Position numbers and translations under genes: made by a program. The notes beneath the pieces are model-generated. The model made no database searches. It saw only the letters and a list, made by a program, of their open reading frames with translations, and was not told where the DNA came from. Shown here piece after piece: positions 40,593 to 48,908 of a stretch of 64,000 bases of DNA (its first letter is position 1; each line of letters opens with the position of its first letter). The stretch is from Desulfatiglandales bacterium (GTDB taxonomy: Bacteria; Desulfobacterota; DSM-4660; Desulfatiglandales; HGW-15). The stretch lies in contig CAXXJJ010000001.1 of NCBI GenBank assembly GCA_963667015.2, positions 2,528,001-2,592,000 on the forward strand, written 5' to 3'.

Positions 40593-42065
40593 ATGAATTT
40601 TGATGTTTTACATAAATTGCAGTTAAAAGGAATAGGCCTGAAAGACATAACATGGCCAACGTTTGATCTTTCCAAGATAAAGTGGTCCAGGATGCCAAAG
40701 CTGAAAATTGGTGATTCTGTTGCTAAACTTCCCATTGTTCAGGGAGGAATGGGGGTTGGAATATCTCTTGCCGGGCTGGCTTCGGCGGTTGCTAATGAAG
40801 GCGGTATAGGCATAATTGCCGCAAATTCAATAGGAATGCTTGATCCTGACTATTATGCCAGTCATAAAGACGCAAATGCTATTGCCTTAAGAAGAGAAAT
40901 CAGAAAGGCAAAAGAAATGAGTTCGGGAATCATTGGCGTCAATATAATGGTAGCGGTGAACGATTTTCACGCACTTCTCAGGGTCGTAATCGAAGAAAAA
41001 GTCGATATTGTTTTTTTGGGAGCAGGGCTTCCCATAAAGGATATACCTGTTGAGGATCTCAGATCAGCAGGAGTAAAAGTGGTTCCTATTGTCAGTTCTG
41101 CCAGGGCGGCTCAGGTTATCTTCAAGTCCTGGTTAAAAAAATATAATGATATTCCTGATGCTGTTGTTATTGAAGGACCAAAAGCAGGAGGACATCTTGG
41201 ATTTAAGGAGGATCAGATTGATGATCCTGATTTTGCACTTGAGAATATTTTACCCGAACTTGTTTCAGTGGTAAAAGATTATGAGGCCAAGTCACATAAA
41301 TCTATTCCTGTAATCGCTGCCGGCGGTGTTTTTACCGGCACTGATATCCATAACCTTTTTAAGCTTGGGGCCAGCGGTGTCCAGATGGGAACAAGGTTTG
41401 TTGCGACACATGAATGTGATGCAGATATCAGATTCAAGGAGGCATATGTTTCATGCAGAGAAGAAGATATAGAAATTATTAAGAGCCCTGTGGGTATGCC
41501 GGGCCGGGCGATCAAAAGTAAATTTTTAGAGGAGCTGTCATCAGGGAAAAAGATTGAGCTTAAATGTGCCTGGAGATGCCTTAAAAGCTGTGACATCAAG
41601 ACCGCCCGCTACTGCATATCTCTGGCGCTTGATAATGCCAGAAGAGGGATTCTGGATAAAGGCTATGCCTTTGCAGGAAGCAATGCCTTCAGGATCGACA
41701 AAATTATCTCAGTAAAAGAATTGCTGCAGGAACTGCAAAAGCAATACCTGTGTGCTAAAGAAAAGGGTGCAAGCAGATTAAGAAACGAATATGAAAAAGC
41801 GGTTGAAAGACTTGGTTTGGTGAAAAATGAGTATTTAATCGCCTTGAAAAACGGGTTTTATTCTCTCAAAGAAGAATATACGATAAATATTGAGAAGGGG
41901 CTCGTAACATTCCATGAAGAGGTTGAAGCAGGCATGAGTAAAATCAGTTTGCTCAAGGCCGAATACACAAAGGCAATGGATAATGCCAATTTGTTAAAAG
42001 AGGAGCTGACAGATCTGTTTGAGCAATATTCGGTAGGCTTCATGCCTATTAAAGACATACCTTGA
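40593..42065 (+). CDS. Nitronate monooxygenase / FabK-like flavoprotein with C-terminal coiled-coil extension
   Basis: PIVQGGMGVGIS, EGPKAGGHLG, AAGG, GVQMGTRF, SPVGMPGRA and the C..CL..C...YCI cluster, plus about 110 extra helical residues. Confidence 0.85.
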   Translation: MNFDVLHKLQLKGIGLKDITWPTFDLSKIKWSRMPKLKIGDSVAKLPIVQGGMGVGISLAGLASAVANEGGIGIIAANSIGMLDPDYYASHKDANAIALRREIRKAKEMSSGIIGVNIMVAVNDFHALLRVVIEEKVDIVFLGAGLPIKDIPVEDLRSAGVKVVPIVSSARAAQVIFKSWLKKYNDIPDAVVIEGPKAGGHLGFKEDQIDDPDFALENILPELVSVVKDYEAKSHKSIPVIAAGGVFTGTDIHNLFKLGASGVQMGTRFVATHECDADIRFKEAYVSCREEDIEIIKSPVGMPGRAIKSKFLEELSSGKKIELKCAWRCLKSCDIKTARYCISLALDNARRGILDKGYAFAGSNAFRIDKIISVKELLQELQKQYLCAKEKGASRLRNEYEKAVERLGLVKNEYLIALKNGFYSLKEEYTINIEKGLVTFHEEVEAGMSKISLLKAEYTKAMDNANLLKEELTDLFEQYSVGFMPIKDIP

Positions 42066-42228
42066 ACAGCCACGTAGGTTTGTCTTTATTACTGCTGATA
42101 ATTCAAATGCCACCATAGAGGTGAAAATCACATTTTGTATTTATAAACGCCCGGCCTCTTGAATCCTTGATTCCATGGCCCTGCTTTTTACCTTGACAAA
42201 ATTCCCTCTATTTCATAATTCCTTATTC

Positions 42229-42408
42229 TATTCGGGTGCTTTATTTAAGCCTAACAGGGAATCCCGTTAAAGTCGGGAACGGACCCGCCGCTGTAAACCC
42301 TTCTTTTTCGATTTTGAAAAAGGAACTGATTTAACATTCATGTGCCACTGTTGGAAAACGGGAAGGCCGTTAAACCAGGGGGGAAGTCAGAAGACCTGCC
42401 CGAACAAT
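42229..42408 (+). ncRNA. Cobalamin riboswitch upstream of the plus-strand redox module
   Basis: Same conserved core as the nrdD riboswitch, with an identical 5' part, ending AAGTCAGAAGACCTGCCCG. Confidence 0.93.
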
Positions 42409-42467
42409 ATGTGTCTCCTTCGTGGAAAAAGGCAGACCGCCGGATCTTGCGGATAAAAAAGGGTAAT

Positions 42468-42503
42468 CCCCGGATCGAAATTATTTCGGTCCGGGTTTTT
42501 TTA
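42468..42503 (+). terminator. Riboswitch-coupled intrinsic terminator
   Basis: CCCGGATCGAAAT...ATTTCGGTCCGGG followed by a T-run. Confidence 0.75.
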
Positions 42504-42536
42504 TGCTTAATGAGCTTGTTGGAAGATATTTATACG

Positions 42537-43422
42537 ATGAAATACCGTGTTCTCTTAATCTGTTTTTTAGTTTTCTTTTTTTTGTACCTGCCACAGGAGC
42601 TGAAGAATCATCGGGGAAAAGGATGATTTTTTATGGATTGAGTATGGTGACGGCACAAAAGAAAAAGATGGCAGTCTTATACTTGAATTAAAGGTTCATC
42701 ACGGCAGGTTTTCTGATAAACGAAATATTAATATAAACCTGGATAACATGAAGGCTTTCTATACTGTTTATGAAAATCGATATGGAAATGAGAGCGATAC
42801 TCTATATCACGCATACATAGATGAAGATGTGCATGGCTATTCAATAAAAATAGAATCTTCAAAACAGGCCCGGTTTGTACTGATAGTTACTGCTGAAAAA
42901 ATAAAAGAAGGGATTTCCACACATTACCTGGCCAAGGCATCCTTTACACTTTTTGGGAAATCAATGTCAGACGGGTCTGAAAGAGTGCCTCTTTCTTATG
43001 AATCAATTGACAGGTCTCTTGAAATACATATCGATCCAGAGCACAATTACTGGCCGCAGACAGGCAGCCCGGTAAAAGTTTTTCCTTTGTTTAACGGTAA
43101 GATGCTTCCTGAAAAGAGTCTTTCAGTCTTTGATGAACATGCTTCACCTTTAGAGTTAAATACCGATAATACCGGAAACCTGGTCTATGTTCCGCCTGAG
43201 GACAGGATTCTCAACAGTATGGGGGAAACAGCATCCAAGCAGACAGTACTTGTAAGCAGCATGTCTGATAACGGGATAAAATATATCTCATCATACACTC
43301 TGCTGCTGCACAGGTCCCGGTTCGGAAAAAATAAACATACCCCCGGTCTGATTGTTTTTGGGAGTGCATTCATGCTTTTTCTGGTTTACACGATTGTAGT
43401 AAGAATGAGGTCAAGGATTTGA
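42537..43422 (+). CDS. Exported, C-terminally membrane-anchored DUF4198-like protein with apparent 5' frameshift(s)
   Basis: Signal peptide starts at ATG 42537. The main frame is open from 42604 (EKDDFLWIEYG...). Contains LEI..P, FNGK.L and LNTDNTG, ending in a TM helix and basic tail. Confidence 0.6.
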
Positions 43423-44363
43423 AAATATTTAAACTGCGTTTCCGGATTCAGCTTATCACCTTTGTAATATTGACTTACGGAGGTAGAATAGGACTGAATT
43501 TCAGCCATGCATTGCCATGTTTTGCATGTCCTTATGTCAGCGGGTGTGCAGGCCATTGTTACCTGATGGCCCTTCAGGGCTCTTTCTGGGGCTTTCAGAT
43601 CCAATTAACCCAGATATTCAGTGTATGGGGTATACGCGCCCTTGGCATGCTTGTACTGTTCATTGTTTTATCACTGCTGCTCTCCAAGACATGGTGCGGG
43701 TGGATATGCCCTTTTGGCACATTGCAGGACTGGATAACTTCCCTGAGAAAAAAAATGGGGATAAGAGAATCCAGATTTTCATATAGATTCCGGGACAGAC
43801 TTAAACCCGTAAAATATATTCTTCTTGTACTCCTGATTGTAATACCTGTGCTGATAGAAAATGCCGGGATGCATTCAGACTACAGGCTTCCATTCTGCCA
43901 GATATGCCCTGCAAAGCCGATAATGCCTCTGTTTGAAGGCAACTTTCAGTATTTCTCAGTTGATACCACCAATACAATTACAATAGCTATGACAATGGTC
44001 TCTCTTATTCTGGCAGCCTTTTTTCTTGTCGGGATGTTTTTCAAGGATCGTTTTTTTTGTATCTTCTGCCCCATGCTCGCCCTCTTGAGCCTTATTGAAA
44101 AAGCAGGCTTTTTAAAACTGAAAAAGAATGTGGACGGCTGTATCGGGTGCGGAAGCTGCCAGCGTGTATGCACAATGGATATAAGGGCTGTACATATGGA
44201 AAGAATAAAAAGTGATGTCCAGACACAGGACTGTATGCTGTGCATGAAGTGTGCGGAATCATGTTCACAGGATAATGTGCTTTATATAACATTCCTTGGG
44301 AAGAGGCTATTTTCTTCCTCAAGGAATTATGTATCAGGAATATTTTCTAAGATAAAAAGGTGA
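43419..44363 (+). CDS. Membrane-bound 4Fe-4S binding protein (NapH/RdxA-like polyferredoxin)
   Basis: TM helices, WCGWICPFG, FCQICP, FCIFCP and two ferredoxin-type motifs (CIGCGSCQRVC, CMLCMKCAESC). Confidence 0.85.
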   Translation: MKIFKLRFRIQLITFVILTYGGRIGLNFSHALPCFACPYVSGCAGHCYLMALQGSFWGFQIQLTQIFSVWGIRALGMLVLFIVLSLLLSKTWCGWICPFGTLQDWITSLRKKMGIRESRFSYRFRDRLKPVKYILLVLLIVIPVLIENAGMHSDYRLPFCQICPAKPIMPLFEGNFQYFSVDTTNTITIAMTMVSLILAAFFLVGMFFKDRFFCIFCPMLALLSLIEKAGFLKLKKNVDGCIGCGSCQRVCTMDIRAVHMERIKSDVQTQDCMLCMKCAESCSQDNVLYITFLGKRLFSSSRNYVSGIFSKIKR

Positions 44364-45598
44364 AACAGACAGATATGAATGCACCTGATGAAAAACAGGC
44401 AAGACTGATAAACAGGATAGAAAAGGGACTGGGGCAGGAGTTTGAGGCTCAACTCAATATTTTGAAGGAACGTGCGGATTACTCTCCTGAACTGGATTAT
44501 TTCCTGGATATTCTTTGTATGCAGATAAATGGCCCGGAGAGCATGAAGCACTATGGAAGACCTGCAATTGGACTCTATTGTATCCAGGTCCCTCTCGAAC
44601 TCATAGATGCTATGGGCTTTCAGCCTGTAAGGCTTATAAATGGGTCACTGGTTATGCATAAGCTTTCTTCAGGGCTTCTTCCTGTCCTTGCATGCCCCTT
44701 TATTAAATCATGTGTCGGTTCATTTTACAGGGGAGATTCTATAGAAAGGGCATGTGACACAATTGTTATGCCCACCACATGTGACTGGAACGTAAAAATG
44801 GATCAGGCGCTTCCAGATACTATACCGGCCTTTTACAGTATGGAGCTTCCTCATGTTAAGGAAAGTGAAAAAGGCAGAAAAAGGTGGTTTGAAGAACTGA
44901 TTGATTTTAAAGAATTTCTGGAAAAGAGGGCAGGGCACGGACTTAAGAAAAAAGACCTGCTGCAATCTATAGATAAATACAACAGGGCATGGGCTGTATT
45001 CAACAGGTTAAAGGACATGAGAAGTGAAGGGCGTTTATCAGGCACATGGTTTATTATTATTGCAAATGCCTTCCTGGTGGACAGGGTTGAATCCTGGACA
45101 GAGCATGCTGAGCAGGTTGTCGAAGGATATAAGTACAGGGAGCATAACATGCCTGATATTTTTCTGGCAGGTGCACCTGTTTTTTATCCATATTTAAAGA
45201 TACCTGAGCTGATAGAAGAGGCAGGCATGAATATTTCGGGTGATGAACTATGTACATCCGAGAGGATTACTAACTGTGTTGTCTACGATGATACCTCCAG
45301 GTTCGGGTTGCTTGATGCTCTTGCGGACAGATATCATCTCGCATGCAGCTGCCCCACATATTCTGACAATGATCGGCGTTTGAGCAGTATTTTAAATACA
45401 ATGCAGAATAATGGCATCAGGGGAATGGTTTATCATATGCTGAAGGGATGCCATCCCTATGACATGGAGAGTTTTTATTTTGAAAGAACAGTTAAAGAAA
45501 AGGGTATCAGGTTTTTAAAAATAGAGACCGATTTTTCAAGGGAAGACAGACAGAATATTTTGACAAGGCTGGAGGCCTTTAGAGAAACACTTGTTTAA
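44360..45598 (+). CDS. 2-hydroxyacyl-CoA dehydratase-family / double-cubane-cluster-like protein
   Basis: GLYC..VP.E, ACPFIKS, PTTCD, DELCT, CSCP, LKGCHPY and KIETDFS.ED....TRLEAF.E motifs. Confidence 0.85.
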   Translation: MKQTDMNAPDEKQARLINRIEKGLGQEFEAQLNILKERADYSPELDYFLDILCMQINGPESMKHYGRPAIGLYCIQVPLELIDAMGFQPVRLINGSLVMHKLSSGLLPVLACPFIKSCVGSFYRGDSIERACDTIVMPTTCDWNVKMDQALPDTIPAFYSMELPHVKESEKGRKRWFEELIDFKEFLEKRAGHGLKKKDLLQSIDKYNRAWAVFNRLKDMRSEGRLSGTWFIIIANAFLVDRVESWTEHAEQVVEGYKYREHNMPDIFLAGAPVFYPYLKIPELIEEAGMNISGDELCTSERITNCVVYDDTSRFGLLDALADRYHLACSCPTYSDNDRRLSSILNTMQNNGIRGMVYHMLKGCHPYDMESFYFERTVKEKGIRFLKIETDFSREDRQNILTRLEAFRETLV

Positions 45599-45663
45599 AT
45601 TTAATTGCGGTTCGTTAACAGTAGGGGAACGGCGTGCCGTGCCCGCTTTGAAAGGAGTTTGAT

Positions 45664-46428
45664 TTGATAAAAGTAGGACTGGACCTGGGATCTGCGGCAA
45701 TCAAGATGGTATTTACTGACGGAAAAGATATTTTATGGGCAAAGGCTTTGCCAACAGTTCCTAAACCTACAACAGTATGTGACAGGCTGATCAACGAGGG
45801 TATTGAGGCCCTTTCCATATCAAGAGACGATATATCCGGCATTGCAACTACCGGCTATGGAAGAAAGCTATATTCCGGTTTTGATAAGGAGGTAAATGAA
45901 ATATCCGCAAATGCAGCAGGAGCCCATATATTGAGCGGCAAAAAGGCAAGATCAATAATAAATATAGGCGGTCAGGATGTTAAGGTAATAAAGTTATCTT
46001 CCGAAGGAAAAGTAGAAGATTTTAAGATGAATGACAAGTGTGCTGCCGGAACCGGACGTTTTTTTGAGGTGGCGGGAAGGATACTTGATACTCCTGTGAA
46101 TGAATTTGACAGCCTTGCATCACAGAGCAATGACCCTGCTACCCTTAACAGCACCTGTGCTGTTTTCGCTGAAAGCGAGATAATCTCGCTTCTGGCAATG
46201 GATAAAAACAGGGAAGATATTATCGCAGGTCTTCACAGGTCCCTTGCAGGCAGGATATCAGATCTTATCGGAAGCATGGATATCGAAGACGATATCTATC
46301 TTGACGGAGGGCCCGGTACAAACAGAGGCCTGCTTGAAGCGCTGGAAGATGCCCTGATGAGGGATATCAATGTATTTGAAAGGCCGCAGTTTACAGTGGC
46401 ATTTGGTGCGGCTAATATGGTTGATTAA
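45664..46428 (+). CDS. ATP-dependent activase (HgdC/BadF-type ASKHA [4Fe-4S] reductase)
   Basis: GLDLGS, TTGYGR, IGGQDVK, MNDKCAAGTGRF and STCAVFAESE motifs. Confidence 0.92.
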   Translation: MIKVGLDLGSAAIKMVFTDGKDILWAKALPTVPKPTTVCDRLINEGIEALSISRDDISGIATTGYGRKLYSGFDKEVNEISANAAGAHILSGKKARSIINIGGQDVKVIKLSSEGKVEDFKMNDKCAAGTGRFFEVAGRILDTPVNEFDSLASQSNDPATLNSTCAVFAESEIISLLAMDKNREDIIAGLHRSLAGRISDLIGSMDIEDDIYLDGGPGTNRGLLEALEDALMRDINVFERPQFTVAFGAANMVD

Positions 46429-48068
46429 TTCGAAAGCAAAAGCTCAAAATCTACATCATTATAAAAACTTTTTTTACGGGTTTTTGATGTGTCCAGTTTA
46501 AACTCTGCAACACCGGCATGATCAAGATCTGCCTTGTCCCATCCCATATGCATATCCTGAACCCCTGTGATCTGAGCACCTGTATTTGAGCATACCGCGA
46601 CAGCAGAACCTGCAAGCGCCTTTACCCTGCTTAACAGGAACTGACCTTCGGTTATATCTATTTCCGATACTACTATAAGGTCAGTACCGAGCTTTGAAAG
46701 AGAAACTGCAAGCTCCGGATGCTCAATTGCCTTTGCCGGAACCATGGCAATGGCGGCAGGTCCAAAGTGAAGAATGTTGTAAGGGAATTCGATCTCGATG
46801 GATTTTGATTCCTTACCCCTGTAAAAGTTTTGTATGCCTTCAGGAGTAATCAGCAACTGCTGGAGAATCTCATCTGCGCTCTTAATGGCAACAGCGATAC
46901 CTGTTTTATATTTTATGGAAATCTCGGAAAGTTTATTTTTATCAACTATACTTTCGTCTGTTTGAGGAAGTATCCATAGTGAAGGAGTACTATCTTTATG
47001 TTTTTCAATGTTTGATACGAGTTCATCAATGTCAGGGTGTCCTGTTTCGGGAACATAGCCGTATACATGTAATATGCCTGTTTCCGGCAGATTGTAATAG
47101 GCTGTGAGATTTTCCAGCCATGGCCTCAGGTAAACATTTCTGTATTGGTTAATATTTCTCTGTGCCATTTTATTATTGCGTTTGATTCCTGCAAAACGAC
47201 CCTGCTCATTAAGTGGAATGTCTGCATAAAATATACGTGATGTTTCTGATGCCCCTTTAAGTATGACCTTTCCATCCGGATTGAAAACACCTGATATAGT
47301 TTTAGTACAGTCCATTCTAAGGTCTTTGCCTGTCCTGTTGCAGGCAGCAATATAAAAGCCGTTCTCAAGCGCCCTGGCCCGCCATATGGGAACAGGATTA
47401 AGCCCACCCGTCTCAGGCCAGTTGGCAGGAACCCATAGAAGATCCACTTCCTTTAATGCCATTGTCCTGATAAGCAGACCGCTGTATGAATCCGCACAGA
47501 TGGCAGAACCTATGCGTCCCCAGGGGGTATCTGCAAAATTATCCTGATATGGGCTTCCCGTGTTTGCCCATTTTTTTTCCGCAGTAATTATTTTCCTGTA
47601 TTTAGATACAGCCTTTCCTTTGGGTCCGATAATAAAGGCCGAGTTGTAAAAAATCTCTGTTGATGGATCACGTTCGGCCAGGGCTATGCCTATATAGACG
47701 CCCTTTTCAAGGGCAAGTTTTCCCATGGCAGTGATTGTTTTGCCATGATCTGTCTCTGTATAGTCTGATATATCTTCCCGTGAGTCAAATGAATATCCTG
47801 ATACAGCCATTTCAGTATTCAGGATAATGGATGCACCTTCTTCTGCTGCACGACGGTTTAATTTTAGAAGTTCTTCAAGGTTCTTTTCAGGCTGTTTATG
47901 TTTTACTGCAAAATGCACCAGTGCAATTTTTACCGATGAATCCTTCGTGGGTGATTCTGCACTGTAGATATTAAAAGAGAAAAATGACCAGAGCAGGATA
48001 AGGAAAAAGCAATAGTTAATAAAACTGCATTTTTTATGAAAATATAATAAATAAGTCATAATATTCAA
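46425..48068 (-). CDS. Exported carbon-nitrogen hydrolase (nitrilase superfamily) with degenerate second domain
   Basis: Hydrophobic N-terminus and catalytic triad E (NTEM), K (YRK), C (ICAD), plus RARALENG and CNRTG. Confidence 0.8.
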   Translation of the reverse strand: MNIMTYLLYFHKKCSFINYCFFLILLWSFFSFNIYSAESPTKDSSVKIALVHFAVKHKQPEKNLEELLKLNRRAAEEGASIILNTEMAVSGYSFDSREDISDYTETDHGKTITAMGKLALEKGVYIGIALAERDPSTEIFYNSAFIIGPKGKAVSKYRKIITAEKKWANTGSPYQDNFADTPWGRIGSAICADSYSGLLIRTMALKEVDLLWVPANWPETGGLNPVPIWRARALENGFYIAACNRTGKDLRMDCTKTISGVFNPDGKVILKGASETSRIFYADIPLNEQGRFAGIKRNNKMAQRNINQYRNVYLRPWLENLTAYYNLPETGILHVYGYVPETGHPDIDELVSNIEKHKDSTPSLWILPQTDESIVDKNKLSEISIKYKTGIAVAIKSADEILQQLLITPEGIQNFYRGKESKSIEIEFPYNILHFGPAAIAMVPAKAIEHPELAVSLSKLGTDLIVVSEIDITEGQFLLSRVKALAGSAVAVCSNTGAQITGVQDMHMGWDKADLDHAGVAEFKLDTSKTRKKSFYNDVDFELLLSN

Positions 48069-48093
48069 TTTCAGTACTCCTTTGAAAAAACTG

Positions 48094-48267
48094 CTAATTC
48101 AATCCGGATATTTTTAAATAGTCGGGATCAATACCCTCGGCAAGTAGAATGCCTGATGCGTTTCTTTTCATCCAATTTTTATAAGACCTGATAAAACTCG
48201 GATTATGGAATACCATGACTTCATCTAAACAATCCAACTCCTGTTGAACACGCCAGTATAGAAACAT
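48094..48267 (-). CDS. Small hypothetical protein (57 aa) downstream of cobO, absent from the ORF track
   Basis: AAGGAG RBS, then MFLYWRVQQELDCLDEVMVFHNPSFIRSYKNWMKRNASGILLAEGIDPDYLKISGLN*. The first 10 codons recur at 34793-34825. Confidence 0.6.
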   Translation of the reverse strand: MFLYWRVQQELDCLDEVMVFHNPSFIRSYKNWMKRNASGILLAEGIDPDYLKISGLN

Positions 48268-48282
48268 ATAATCTCCTTAATA

Positions 48283-48804
48283 TTAGAATTCGATCCCTTT
48301 CTGGCCTATTATGCCTTCCTGATAGGGATGCTTAACAACACGCATTTCAGTTACAAGATCAGCTGTATCCATTAACATTTTTGGCGCTCCTCTTCCTGTA
48401 ATAGCTATGTGTAAATCGGACGGCTTATTAGTCAATGTGTCGATTACAGACTCAAGATCAAGAATATTATAGTTCAGAAGATAGGTGAATTCATCAAGTA
48501 CAATCATATGATAATTTCCACTATCCATCATTTTTCTGGCAAAATCCCATGCCTTCCTGGCGAGTTCTTTATCCTTTTCCAGGTTCTCGGATTTCCAGGT
48601 GAAACCGTTTCCCATAACATGAAAATCTATTGTATCCTGATATTTTTTAATAGATTCCATCTCTCCATATTTCCATGAACCCTTGATAAATTGTATAAAA
48701 CATACCTTCTGATTATGGCCGGCATTGCGTAAAGCCATACCCAGGGCGGATGTTGTCTTTCCCTTACCGTCTCCGGTAAACACCATTAGTAATCCTTTTT
48801 TCAT
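48283..48804 (-). CDS. cobO: Cob(I)yrinic acid a,c-diamide adenosyltransferase (CobO/BtuR/CobA type)
   Basis: TGDGKGKTTSALG, QFIKG, VLDE, TGRGAP, ADLVTEM..VKHP and GIEF motifs. Confidence 0.95.
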   Translation of the reverse strand: MKKGLLMVFTGDGKGKTTSALGMALRNAGHNQKVCFIQFIKGSWKYGEMESIKKYQDTIDFHVMGNGFTWKSENLEKDKELARKAWDFARKMMDSGNYHMIVLDEFTYLLNYNILDLESVIDTLTNKPSDLHIAITGRGAPKMLMDTADLVTEMRVVKHPYQEGIIGQKGIEF

Positions 48805-48857
48805 TTTAAACCTGTTTTTTGTTTCAGTATTTTTCTATGATCTGGAAATATTTGAAG

Positions 48858-48892
48858 ACTGTTGTTGACTCATATAGGGAGTCAACAACAGT
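48858..48892 (-). terminator. Stable hairpin between the receptor gene and cobO
   Basis: Perfect 14-bp inverted repeat ACTGTTGTTGACTC/GAGTCAACAACAGT. Confidence 0.6.
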
Positions 48893-48908
48893 TTATTCTG
48901 CAATACGC

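Noticed and set aside
44360..46428. Classical amino-acid-fermentation 2-hydroxyacyl-CoA dehydratase
   Set aside because: Each module has only one subunit and no CoA-transferase or dehydrogenase is nearby. Not fully excluded, since the two paralogues could heterodimerise.
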